A stretch of 64,000 nt of DNA from a virus (Duplodnaviria; Caudoviricetes): IMG/VR virus record IMGVR_UViG_3300011116_001227; one strand, 5' to 3'. A program made the translations under genes and the position numbers. Within the stretch, counting starts at the first letter, position 1. Each line of letters starts with the position of its first letter. Of the stretch, positions 48,202-57,844 are shown piece after piece. Under the pieces are notes generated by a model that saw nothing but the letters and a program-made list of their open reading frames with translations, was not told where the DNA came from and made no database searches.

Positions 48202-50643
48202 TTATACTCGCCTCAATACTTTAGAAGAAAGTTCTTCTTTGACAAGAATAGAATTAGTAAAATATGTTGATTTTATTTGATAATCATTTGTGATTGGAGT
48301 CACTTCATAGTAAACGGTTCCTAAATCTTCTTCACCTAACTTGTGATAAATGTAAGTTTTATTAGTTTTTCCTAGAAGATTTTTTTTGCCATTGACAACT
48401 TTAGTCACTACAAAACAATCATAAATAAAGTTTGGATCAATTGACCAAGAAATTTTGCTGAGTGACCTTGAAAATTTTTCAGCTCTTGGAGAAACCGAAT
48501 AATCAGATGAAGTAACGGGTACTGTAACTTCAGTATTTCCAGATATTCTTACGGGATCTGCTGTGAATAATTCTGTTTTTTGAATGTCTGGTATTCCTTC
48601 AATATCATCAACATACAAGATTCCAGTGTTTAAGACCTTTGGATTATTCCATTTGTACGGTCTATAAAACCACTTCTTGCCATTATTTGTTCCATTCTGG
48701 ATAAAATCTTTAGAAGAAGAAGAGGGATCTCTTTTAAAAGTTACAACTTGATAAAGATAAGTTCGACCCTCTACAAGGTCAGTTATCTTATTATTTCTTC
48801 TAGATGTTGCATCGTCTGAGAACGCGCCATCAGAAATAAGATCAAAAGTAACTTTTTCAAATGTCGTCGTATCTATTCTTGTAATCTGATGAAAGTAAAG
48901 ATCGTTATATTCTTTAATATCTTTTGTCTTTCCAGATATAGTTTTATTTGGATCAAAATTACTCTGGAAAGTTATATCGCCAGTTGATGCATTTATTGCT
49001 GTTTTTAAAACATCGTTAGACTGTTGTTTATTTCCATCTGTACTAATAGAAAAAGATACTGAATTTTTTGTGACATTTAATTGATTGATTGTTGTCTTAG
49101 AAGATCCTTTTGAAAGTCTTAAAACTTCCACCAAAGATGGTCTTGAAGTTTGAATTACTTTTCCATCTTTAAGAGTTTCTACAAAATACTCATATAGATG
49201 ACCTGGTGTTACAGAATTGTCTGAAAAACTGAGGCTTGAAGTCTTAGAGCCATTAACGATATTGATTAATTCGAATTCTGAATATAATGAATTTGTGCAA
49301 TTTCTTCTATAAAAGTTAATAACTTCTGTAACTATAGAAATATTGTTTAGACTAAGCGTAACATTGTTATTTTCTGTTTGATTAGCATAAAAATTTAAGT
49401 TTAAGCCAACATACCCAGGAAAACCTTCACCTATCACAACATCAGAAAAAATATTGGATTCACCTTTTTCTGTGACAGGAATAACTCTGATAATGTCTAA
49501 GGACTTCTCAGAAGCTCCAGAAAATTCTGACGTTCCTTGCTGAATATTTTTTTTAGCAACGTTTAATGAAGAAACAAGCGAATACTGACTTGATAAACCA
49601 TAAGAGTTTATAGATTTTCTATAGACGTTAAAAGATGTAATTTTTTTCTTTTCTTCTTCTGACGAAGAAAAAGCAACAATATTCTTTCTTAAAGAAAAGT
49701 TACCTGCATTTGTAGTTGTTACGTCTAGAATAGGATCAAAAAATAAAGCATTGTAAGCTTCAAAGTATTTTTCTAATTTTAAAGAAGTATTAACTGTTTC
49801 TTCTGGTTGATTAGTGTTAATTTTATATAGATCAAACTTAGCTAATAAAGAAGAATTCTTGTATTTGATCGGTAGATCTACATCGGCAGATATTTCTAAA
49901 GTATCCAAATAATTTAGAGCTTCTTGCTTTTGATAAAATGTCATTCCCTCTAATAGATTATTTGGAATAGCATTATTGTCGTGAATAAAATAGTCTATCA
50001 CTCGATTAGAAAAACTTGATTTGTCTTCTTGATTTGTCAAGAATTGAGTTGGTGTTTTAAAAAACGTATTAATGTCATTTAAGAGTCTATTTGGATCTAA
50101 TTTGATCGACGTGAGTCTTTGACCTTGATCAAGATTTACTGACTCTGGGATTACTAGATCTACGCTTCTAAAAGGATTGTTGAGGGCATCTTTGATTTTG
50201 TCATTGATGTACACGGAAACTGTAGTGACCGAATCTGCGTTTTTCTTATTTCCTTTTACGTAATCAATTGCCTTTAATGTTTGATTTATTCTTTCTGCAG
50301 ATTGTGCAGAAATTTTAGTATCTACACTTCTAATTTTTGAAAAGTCTCTATTGAGTTTTAATTTTGAAATAGAATTTGAAGTTAACTCAGTATTTGATGA
50401 ATTTGAATTAAATTTAGAAGATTTAACTTTTGCTACAACTGATTCTTGCTGAGTCGTTAATAAAGAAATAACTACTTTCTTGTAGTCGACAGGATCTATG
50501 GCAACATTATTCAGTGAAATTTTAAAAAAGAATCTTACAGTAAATTTTTCTTCGCTTACATCAATTATCTGAGCAAATTCTACAGGATCGACTGAAAGAA
50601 TTTGTGATAATGAATTTTTGCTGGTAACAAATTTAATAGTCAT
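48202..50643 (-). CDS. Virion structural protein with FN3-like repeats, 813 aa
   Basis: FNVYRK, FSDNSVTPGHLYEYFV, TYLYQV, YYEVTP patterns. Confidence 0.5.
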   Translation of the reverse strand: MTIKFVTSKNSLSQILSVDPVEFAQIIDVSEEKFTVRFFFKISLNNVAIDPVDYKKVVISLLTTQQESVVAKVKSSKFNSNSSNTELTSNSISKLKLNRDFSKIRSVDTKISAQSAERINQTLKAIDYVKGNKKNADSVTTVSVYINDKIKDALNNPFRSVDLVIPESVNLDQGQRLTSIKLDPNRLLNDINTFFKTPTQFLTNQEDKSSFSNRVIDYFIHDNNAIPNNLLEGMTFYQKQEALNYLDTLEISADVDLPIKYKNSSLLAKFDLYKINTNQPEETVNTSLKLEKYFEAYNALFFDPILDVTTTNAGNFSLRKNIVAFSSSEEEKKKITSFNVYRKSINSYGLSSQYSLVSSLNVAKKNIQQGTSEFSGASEKSLDIIRVIPVTEKGESNIFSDVVIGEGFPGYVGLNLNFYANQTENNNVTLSLNNISIVTEVINFYRRNCTNSLYSEFELINIVNGSKTSSLSFSDNSVTPGHLYEYFVETLKDGKVIQTSRPSLVEVLRLSKGSSKTTINQLNVTKNSVSFSISTDGNKQQSNDVLKTAINASTGDITFQSNFDPNKTISGKTKDIKEYNDLYFHQITRIDTTTFEKVTFDLISDGAFSDDATSRRNNKITDLVEGRTYLYQVVTFKRDPSSSSKDFIQNGTNNGKKWFYRPYKWNNPKVLNTGILYVDDIEGIPDIQKTELFTADPVRISGNTEVTVPVTSSDYSVSPRAEKFSRSLSKISWSIDPNFIYDCFVVTKVVNGKKNLLGKTNKTYIYHKLGEEDLGTVYYEVTPITNDYQIKSTYFTNSILVKEELSSKVLRRV

Positions 50644-52070
50644 TCTTCGTCACCTTCACGTCTAGAAAATATTAAAGTGAACATGTTGACGTAACAGGTT
50701 GTTCCTCTATCGTCAAGAAATGTTTTTCCTGCGAAATAAACTTTATTGCTGACTACAGTAGAGTCAAAAGAATCATTTTTGACATCTCCGTAATTAATTA
50801 AGTCCAGCTTCTTTACTGTTCCATCGGCTACTTCAAATAATTGACAAAGTATGTTGTTCTTTCTTGAAGTCTCTACGAAGCTAATCTTTTCACCAAAGTA
50901 ATTTGAAACTTGCTTAGAAATATCTTGAAAGCTTAATTGTTTTTTATTATCTCCAAGCGGAGGATAATTTCCAAGAAGATAAGGATTAATTGCATCAAGA
51001 TTAGACTTGTCTGTAACTGTTGTATCGCTTACTTTAATTATTGGTGGAAGGTATCTAAAGTTGTCAAGATTACTTAGCTTATCATCATTAAAGATAGAAT
51101 CAATTGAATTTAATGAAGGTGCATGCTTTATAACATCTTTGATAGACTTGTCAAGTCTAGAAATATCAAAATTAATTTCATTATTTGTTAAGTTAAATTT
51201 GTCTTCAAAAAAGATGGGATCTATTGTCGAGAGAGTTCTTAACTCTTGAAAATTATCGAAAGAAGAAGATAAAATTCCATCAATTTGTGAAGCAAATACA
51301 GCATTTGGAAGTTCTACTACGTCTGGTCTGCCTCCCATCAAAGATTCTTCAATAATAAATGGAAGAGAAGCCGTAAAAGATCCCATAGATCCCGTGACTA
51401 ATTTTGTTGCTACTTTTTCATGACTTCCACTAATATCAGTAATGTAGATATAATTTTCTCTATCAACAGCTTCAACTTTAGGACCAGATCCTGATGATGC
51501 AATTTCAATTGATCGTTGTATTGCTGTCGTTAAATCTACAGAATTAATTCCGCCTTTAACACCCACATAAGAAAAGTCTGGTAACGAGGAAGATATTGTA
51601 CCTGCTTTTACATTCTTATCAAGAATTACTGAAGAAAATTTTCCATTACTGTCGCAGTAAGAAAAACCTACTCCTGCTTCTTTAAATTTTTCTGAAATGC
51701 TTGAAACTTTAACTCTAGCACCGTAATTTATTTGATAAGCAATAGCTTTTCCATCAACAAAAGATGCAGCTACTCTTCTAGGAAGAAGCGAATCAATTCT
51801 TTGTATGTCTATTGTTTTATCTCTAAGTGGAACAATTTTTCCAGAATCATTTGCTTCAAATATGATTTGGTCTTGAGGTAAACTTTTAGCTTCTAGGTAA
51901 ATTCTGTCTGTAGGATCAACGTGACCTTCAATTAAGTCACTTTCATAAACTACATCATTGTCTGTAAAAGTAGCAAAAGACACATTGAAGGTGCCTTCCG
52001 CCATCTGTCTTCTTCCCTCGACAGTTATTATCGCGTCTATGATTCTTGATTTACTGTCGAGAATACCCAT
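50640..52070 (-). CDS. Baseplate/tail structural protein, 476 aa
   Basis: MGILD..SRIIDAIITVEGRRQM...FTDNDVVY N-terminus related to 41425-42174. Confidence 0.5.
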   Translation of the reverse strand: MGILDSKSRIIDAIITVEGRRQMAEGTFNVSFATFTDNDVVYESDLIEGHVDPTDRIYLEAKSLPQDQIIFEANDSGKIVPLRDKTIDIQRIDSLLPRRVAASFVDGKAIAYQINYGARVKVSSISEKFKEAGVGFSYCDSNGKFSSVILDKNVKAGTISSSLPDFSYVGVKGGINSVDLTTAIQRSIEIASSGSGPKVEAVDRENYIYITDISGSHEKVATKLVTGSMGSFTASLPFIIEESLMGGRPDVVELPNAVFASQIDGILSSSFDNFQELRTLSTIDPIFFEDKFNLTNNEINFDISRLDKSIKDVIKHAPSLNSIDSIFNDDKLSNLDNFRYLPPIIKVSDTTVTDKSNLDAINPYLLGNYPPLGDNKKQLSFQDISKQVSNYFGEKISFVETSRKNNILCQLFEVADGTVKKLDLINYGDVKNDSFDSTVVSNKVYFAGKTFLDDRGTTCYVNMFTLIFSRREGDEE

Positions 52071-52143
52071 GAAGACATCCTAATTCGTCATCTAAAATTA
52101 TATGCTTCTCAGCATACTATGCCTATAATTTAATAAGATGTCA

Positions 52144-53520
52144 TCAAAGAATCTGAGAAGCTAATGTTGCCAGTGCAGATCTTTCGCCCTTTAATAAAGT
52201 CACATGCCCTGAAACATCGTAATCTTTAAATTTTTCAATTGCGTGCGTAAGACCATTTGTAAAAGAATCAACGTGAACATTGTCAATTTGTTCAAGATCA
52301 CCAGTTAAAACTATCTTCGATCCTTCTCCAGCACGTGTGATGATAGTCTTAAGCTCATGAGTTGATAAATTTTGTGCTTCATCAATGATGATGAATGCAT
52401 TAGGAATAGATCTTCCTCTGATATAAGTAATTGCTTCTATTTCTATTAGGCCCTTCTGCTGCATTAACTCTAGATAAGGATCTGAAAAGAATGTTTGTTG
52501 ATCTTCTGGCTTCTTCTTTCTATTTCTTGCAGTCATCTTTTTTCCAGCAGCAGAGCAAAGTAGATATTCAAGATTATCTCTGACTGGAGCGATCCACGGC
52601 TCCATCTTTTCCGCTAAAGTTCCTGGAAGGAATCCAATGTCCTTGCCGACAGCATGAATAGGTCTAGACACTATTAACTTTTGATAAATTCCATTTGTCC
52701 CTATTGACTCTAATTGATCTAGTCCAGCTGCTAGTGCAAGAAGCGTCTTGCCACATCCTGCTCTTCCTGAGAGAGTCACTAATTTTATGTTAGGATTCAT
52801 CAGAAGATCAATAGAAAAATGTTGTTCTTTATTCCTTGGCCTTACACCAAAGATATTCTCGAATTTTTGTAGATGAACAAGAGAGCCGCTAGAATCAACT
52901 CTGCAGAGAGCTGAATTGACGTTTGTGTCTAGAGACTTAAGAACAAAAATTTGATTTGGATAAAATTTATCTTCAACTACTTCAGCAGCTTTTTTTGTCA
53001 TACCGCTGTAGAATTCTTTAATAAACTCTGAAGTAGTTGTAACAACTTTAACGCCTGAATATAAAGCATCAAAGCTTTCAGAGACCCTTTGACTTAAATA
53101 GTCTTGCGCCTCAATCGATAGAGACGAGCATTTAACTCTAACATTGATGTCCTTAGAAACCAAGAAAACTGGATTAGTACTTGTTTTCTTCATTGCTAAG
53201 GCAAAGTTAATGATCATATTGTCAACAGAAGTCGGTTCAAGTAATTCTTGCGGTGTTTCTGTTTGAACACTTGTCATTACTTTTAGAGTTCCACCGGTAG
53301 GAAGCTCCACTCCTTCTTTTAAAGACTTTCCTTTAGAAAGAGAGTCTAAGAGTCTAATAACTTCTCTACAATTTCTTCCAACTTCATCAGAACGTGTCTT
53401 GTGTTTATCAAGCTCTTCCAAGACCAACATTGGAATAATGAGGTCATTATCTTTAAAATTGTTAAAACAGTTTGGATCACTCAGTAAAACGTTTGTGTCT
53501 AGTATGTAGGTTTTTCTCAT
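52144..53520 (-). CDS. phoH: PIN domain-PhoH family ATPase
   Basis: YILDTNVLL (PIN), GRAGCGKT (Walker A), YIRGRS, IIDEAQN, RAGEGSKIVLTGDLEQID. Confidence 0.93.
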   Translation of the reverse strand: MRKTYILDTNVLLSDPNCFNNFKDNDLIIPMLVLEELDKHKTRSDEVGRNCREVIRLLDSLSKGKSLKEGVELPTGGTLKVMTSVQTETPQELLEPTSVDNMIINFALAMKKTSTNPVFLVSKDINVRVKCSSLSIEAQDYLSQRVSESFDALYSGVKVVTTTSEFIKEFYSGMTKKAAEVVEDKFYPNQIFVLKSLDTNVNSALCRVDSSGSLVHLQKFENIFGVRPRNKEQHFSIDLLMNPNIKLVTLSGRAGCGKTLLALAAGLDQLESIGTNGIYQKLIVSRPIHAVGKDIGFLPGTLAEKMEPWIAPVRDNLEYLLCSAAGKKMTARNRKKKPEDQQTFFSDPYLELMQQKGLIEIEAITYIRGRSIPNAFIIIDEAQNLSTHELKTIITRAGEGSKIVLTGDLEQIDNVHVDSFTNGLTHAIEKFKDYDVSGHVTLLKGERSALATLASQIL

Positions 53521-53533
53521 GAATCTGATCGTC

Positions 53534-53545
53534 TCTTGTACAAGA
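53534..53545. promoter_or_regulatory. Perfect 12-bp palindrome between divergent phoH and the sigma-region-4 gene
   Basis: TCTTGTACAAGA. Confidence 0.35.
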
Positions 53546-53580
53546 CTGTGTCTTAGATAAAATATACTGTTTAGAGGAAG

Positions 53581-53850
53581 ATGTCACATAAAATAGAAAA
53601 ACAAAGATTACCAGTTATCGAACAGACATGTTTTGAAGTTAGCGAAAAATTTAATTGCAATTGTCAGAAAAAATCTTGCAATCAATGGATACCTTATGAG
53701 AAAGGAAATAATTGTATTTTGGTGACCACAAGAAAAGGTCCCCTAACCCTTAGAGAGATAGGGGACATTTATGGTTTGACTAGAATGAGAATCTGTCAAA
53801 TAGAAAAGAAAATCTATAAGAAAATAAAAGAGCACATCGTAATGGTGTGA
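53581..53850 (+). CDS. Small sigma70 region 4-like HTH protein with Cys-rich N-terminus
   Basis: LTLREIGDIYGLTRMRICQIEKK matches the TLxEIG..xGxTRERxRQIE sigma70 region 4 consensus; C-C-C-C-C cluster upstream. Confidence 0.8.
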   Translation: MSHKIEKQRLPVIEQTCFEVSEKFNCNCQKKSCNQWIPYEKGNNCILVTTRKGPLTLREIGDIYGLTRMRICQIEKKIYKKIKEHIVMV

Positions 53851-53851
53851 C

Positions 53852-54121
53852 TTATTCTTTAGACTTGACTTTCTTTTTTGTTACTTTTGCTGTTGACTGT
53901 TCATTCTGCTCAAGAGTCTCTAATTGATCTTGGGCAGTTTTTTCTATTTCCGAATTATCATCATTAGATGATTTTTCGTCTTTTGTAATAGATACAGTTT
54001 CAACAGACACAACTTCTTGTTGTAATTGAATAAATTTACCATCAGAGTAATAAAATGGTTTAGATGGATCAATTCCTTCAAGAGCCAATTGTCTTAATAC
54101 TGTAAGTTGATGTCTACTCAT
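53852..54121 (-). CDS. Hypothetical protein, 89 aa
   Basis: ORF track; convergent with the sigma-like gene. Confidence 0.55.
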   Translation of the reverse strand: MSRHQLTVLRQLALEGIDPSKPFYYSDGKFIQLQQEVVSVETVSITKDEKSSNDDNSEIEKTAQDQLETLEQNEQSTAKVTKKKVKSKE

Positions 54122-54139
54122 AAAACACAGTCCAACTAA

Positions 54140-54343
54140 TCAGTCTTCAGTCTTTTTAGACTTGTCGTTCTCAAGAGTTAACTTCACAAGATCCTTAGAG
54201 GATGTTGCTAATTGACGAAGTCCTTTTCTAACTCGAACACCAGCTGCTGCAACTCCCTTTACGTTCTTTGCAACATCAACCTCGAGTGCTTCGACAAGAC
54301 CCTTTAATTCATTCCACTTGCTTAAAATTGTTTCAGATGACAT
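54140..54343 (-). CDS. Histone H1-like Hc1-family small protein
   Basis: LVEALEVDVAKNVKGVAAAGVRVRKGL resembles the K-G-N/V-xAAGxRxRK core of Hc1-like proteins; GGAGGT RBS. Confidence 0.6.
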   Translation of the reverse strand: MSSETILSKWNELKGLVEALEVDVAKNVKGVAAAGVRVRKGLRQLATSSKDLVKLTLENDKSKKTED

Positions 54344-54412
54344 TTATTATTAACCTCCAATGGTCAATATAAACATAGCTGACTTATGTGTAAATGTCTC
54401 TAAAGTAATTTA

Positions 54413-56068
54413 TTAGACAACTTTACCAATGTGTCCTTCAAACATCCTCTTGTTTTTATTAAAAAAATTTGTCCAGTCTGAGTCAAGAATGTATGAAATT
54501 GCAAAATCATTCTCATTTCTAATGGATCTTCCCAAAGACTGAATTAATGATTTTGCTGTAGCATAGGAATACCAAGTCTCATTCTTTTCTAGTCTCTTTT
54601 TAACAACTTCGTCACCTAGATAAGGAAAAGGAACCTTGCAAATAATCTGAAATCTACTTAAATTATCTGAAAGATCTACTCCCTCCATCATAGATGGGCT
54701 AATTAAAACTGTTGGATTTTCGCTGTTAATGTGATCTTTTAAGATTTTATCTCTATTGGATACATCATGCGACAAGAGACGATCAGACTTAATTGAATCA
54801 ATGAGATATTTTGAAATCTTATAGTTGACCGTGTGAATGATTCCCTTTTCTTCTTTGTGTTTATCAAGCAACAATTTTATTGCTTCAACAAGAATCGGTA
54901 AAGTCGAATCAATCTTATTCTTAGACATGCTTCCAACAGGCATAAAATGAATAGGCCTGTTTTCGTCAGAAAAAGGGCTATGCTTTTTCATATAAGCGAC
55001 GTCTGAAGGTTTTAGACCAATAGACTCACAAAAAATATCTTTGTCAACTATTGTAGCTGACATCATAAGAATTTTAGGTGCTTTTGAAAAGAGATGTTTT
55101 TCACAATAAGGAGAAACATCAACAGTTTTAAACTCAAACCTACTCATTATATTTGTGGTCTTTCCTTGACTGTACAATTTCTTTTCTAGGTTCATTACCC
55201 AACTTTTTGGATTATAAACTTCGATAAATTTTTCAACTTTTTCTTGATGCTTTTGAATCATCTCATAATTTTTAGAAGCATCTTTACACTTATTAAGTGA
55301 AGTTGTATTTTTCTTTAAAGTCGACTCAAGTTTTTCAGAATACTTCTTGAGAGATTTTAAATAAGAAGTTTTAATCCAATCAAAAATAGATTTTTGATCT
55401 TGAGACTTTGGTGGTTTAATCTTTAAGACATCATTTGAAAATTTTTCTGAAAAACTTACTTCAATAAACCTACCGACTTCTGACTCTACATTGTGTGCTT
55501 CGTCAATTACTAATAATCCTCTAGAACCAAGCTTACCTGAATAAGAAGTCTCTGCCAAAAAATAAGAAAAATTAGTAATTGAAACGGATGAATCAATAAA
55601 TTCTTGTTTTTCTTGACTATACTGACATTGCTTTGTGCAATGATTCTGAAATTCTGTTCCACTTAAATTCTTAGCAAGTCTACTAAGCAACATCTTAGAT
55701 TCTGCACAAGACTGGTCATCGTAAAAAGAGCAAGTATAGTTTGAAGATGACTTTATAGTTCTAAGAACAGGAAGTTTTGATCCTGGTCCAAAATCACGAA
55801 CATACTGTTCTTGAAGAATCTTTTGAGTAGTTAAAACGTACGCTCCCGTTAAAGAATCTCCATTTTCGTCTTTGATAGTAGGAAAATTATTTTCAAGATA
55901 TCTTGCTATTGTAATTCCAATTGCAGATTTTCCAGTGCCAGTTCCTAGCTCTAGAAGAACATATTTCTTTCCTGACTCATAAGAATCAATAGCAAATTCA
56001 ATTGCTTCTTTCTGTTCTTTTCTAATCTCTTTAAAAGGAAAATAACTTCTATAATCGTGTAGAGGCAT
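54413..56068 (-). CDS. DinG/XPD-like SF2 helicase
   Basis: RKEQ (Q motif), GTGTGKS, four Cys consistent with an Fe-S cluster, IDEAH, MSAT, EGVDL...QIICKVPFP, QSLGRSIR. Confidence 0.9.
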   Translation of the reverse strand: MPLHDYRSYFPFKEIRKEQKEAIEFAIDSYESGKKYVLLELGTGTGKSAIGITIARYLENNFPTIKDENGDSLTGAYVLTTQKILQEQYVRDFGPGSKLPVLRTIKSSSNYTCSFYDDQSCAESKMLLSRLAKNLSGTEFQNHCTKQCQYSQEKQEFIDSSVSITNFSYFLAETSYSGKLGSRGLLVIDEAHNVESEVGRFIEVSFSEKFSNDVLKIKPPKSQDQKSIFDWIKTSYLKSLKKYSEKLESTLKKNTTSLNKCKDASKNYEMIQKHQEKVEKFIEVYNPKSWVMNLEKKLYSQGKTTNIMSRFEFKTVDVSPYCEKHLFSKAPKILMMSATIVDKDIFCESIGLKPSDVAYMKKHSPFSDENRPIHFMPVGSMSKNKIDSTLPILVEAIKLLLDKHKEEKGIIHTVNYKISKYLIDSIKSDRLLSHDVSNRDKILKDHINSENPTVLISPSMMEGVDLSDNLSRFQIICKVPFPYLGDEVVKKRLEKNETWYSYATAKSLIQSLGRSIRNENDFAISYILDSDWTNFFNKNKRMFEGHIGKVV

Positions 56069-56111
56069 TCAAAATACAAACTATACAGCAATTTAAAGAA
56101 TTACAATTCTT

Positions 56112-56717
56112 TTAGTCACCTATAATCTTGTCTACAATTCCCATTTCTATAGCTTGCTGCGGTGAAAGGTATACATCGTGACCCTTCTTCATTAATTTTT
56201 CAATTTCTACTTTAGAAAGTTTTGTTTCTTTTGAAATTGCATCTACCATTTGATCTTGAAGACGTTTGCTTTCTTCAACATCGTTCATAATTTCAAAAAT
56301 ATTTCCTTGTGCCCCACCAGAAATTGGGTGCATCATAATTCTTGCTGACCTACCAATCATTCTAGTTCCCTTTTCTCCTGAGGCTAGAAGAAGAACTCCT
56401 GCTGACATGACCTTACCCAATGCAATTGTATGAACTGGACATGGTAGGAATTTTATCGTGTCGTACAACGTAAACATTTCGTCTACAGAACCGCCGTAAG
56501 TAGAAATAACAAGATGAATTGGATTGTGATTTTGACTAGCTAAATGAAGCATTTGTGCCATGACTGACGAAATAGATTGCTCATTAACATCACAATGAAG
56601 AATGACTAGACGAGAACTATCACCTGCATGAATCATCATTCCAGATGATTCATATTCATATGTGCTTCTTCTTGAATGAGTCTTTTTATTAGTTGGTGGT
56701 GTATATTCTCTTCCCAT
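56112..56717 (-). CDS. clpP: ClpP-family protease proteolytic subunit
   Basis: ISTYGGSV, GKVMSAG (Ser), IMMHPISGG (His), DVYLSPQQAIEMGIVDKI. Confidence 0.9.
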   Translation of the reverse strand: MGREYTPPTNKKTHSRRSTYEYESSGMMIHAGDSSRLVILHCDVNEQSISSVMAQMLHLASQNHNPIHLVISTYGGSVDEMFTLYDTIKFLPCPVHTIALGKVMSAGVLLLASGEKGTRMIGRSARIMMHPISGGAQGNIFEIMNDVEESKRLQDQMVDAISKETKLSKVEIEKLMKKGHDVYLSPQQAIEMGIVDKIIGD

Positions 56718-56718
56718 T

Positions 56719-56991
56719 TTATTTCTCTACTTCCTGTTCAGTCCAGTTATCTTCACCTGTAGCATAAAGTTTTGACACAAATATATCTTTTTCTTTCTTG
56801 CTCTTGATGAAATTAACCATTTCTTTCATGTCTTGGACGTCTTCTATCTCTAAACTTAAGAGATGAATCACCATCCACCTTTGTCTGTCGCTAATTCCAA
56901 ATTTGTTTATTTCGTCTACAATTTGAACTGCTACTTTTTTATCTTCAGCAATCTTTTCTGTCTGTAATTCGCCGTATAAAGATTGATTCAT
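56719..56991 (-). CDS. Hypothetical protein, 90 aa
   Basis: ORF track; packed in the operon. Confidence 0.6.
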   Translation of the reverse strand: MNQSLYGELQTEKIAEDKKVAVQIVDEINKFGISDRQRWMVIHLLSLEIEDVQDMKEMVNFIKSKKEKDIFVSKLYATGEDNWTEQEVEK

Positions 56992-57010
56992 AACAACACC
57001 ATAATTTGTA

Positions 57011-57523
57011 TTAGAAGTAATCGTTTCTAGAAAAATTTTCTATCTTAAAGAAATTTTCGCCTAAAATTCTTAGATATTTTCCTTGTCTAGTGTCTCCGTC
57101 ATCTTCTTGTTCTAAAAGAACAAATGCACCCCAATCTTTATTTTCTATTGCAAAATTTGCCTGTTCCCATACATGTAGTTCAGCTTTATATCTTTCTAAG
57201 ATAGAAGCTAGATCTTTTATCATTGAAAGTTTAATATCTTCAATTGATATGATTGAAGACGCATTTTCTTTACCGCTTTGAATTTCTGAAGTACAGATGT
57301 CAGTAATCTTATGAATTATTCCACAATTATTACATTGAGCGTACTTAATATCAACATTATCAGACTCATCAATAATTGAGAAAACAATAAATTTATGACG
57401 AACAGGATCTGTAGCGTTCTTAAATTGAGGAAGCACACATCTACATTGTATTAGATGTCTAAATCCTCTCTTTGTCTTAGACGTTTCTAAGACTTCTTTT
57501 TTTGCAATCTTTTTTTTAGCCAC
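57011..57523 (-). CDS. Hypothetical protein with Cys motifs, 170 aa
   Basis: CRC...CNNCGIIH...C. Confidence 0.6.
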   Translation of the reverse strand: MAKKKIAKKEVLETSKTKRGFRHLIQCRCVLPQFKNATDPVRHKFIVFSIIDESDNVDIKYAQCNNCGIIHKITDICTSEIQSGKENASSIISIEDIKLSMIKDLASILERYKAELHVWEQANFAIENKDWGAFVLLEQEDDGDTRQGKYLRILGENFFKIENFSRNDYF

Positions 57524-57526
57524 GCT

Positions 57527-57826
57527 TCATTTCTTGCTTAAAGTCTTCTTATTTTCAGTCTCAAAATTAGAAGTTTGATTTAAATTTACTAGCTTCTGAA
57601 CTTGACCATGAAAGCTATTAAATCCTTTTTGAAATGAATTTTCTAGAGCGCTTCCAACTAGCGTCGTAATTGTTCTTAAGTCATTTTCATTTAGAGTAAG
57701 ATTACCCTTAGAAGTTTCGTCAACAATTGTTTTGACAGCATGATCTTTTGAGTAAGTAAATAAATCAAGAGCTTCTTTACAAATTTTGTCTGCGTTATTC
57801 ATGGTTGTAATCAGATAATAAGGCAA
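57527..57826 (-). CDS. Hypothetical protein (start uncertain)
   Basis: ORF track; the true start may be the internal MNNADK. Confidence 0.5.
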   Translation of the reverse strand: MPYYLITTMNNADKICKEALDLFTYSKDHAVKTIVDETSKGNLTLNENDLRTITTLVGSALENSFQKGFNSFHGQVQKLVNLNQTSNFETENKKTLSKK

Positions 57827-57844
57827 TTATTGATGAAGTAAAGG

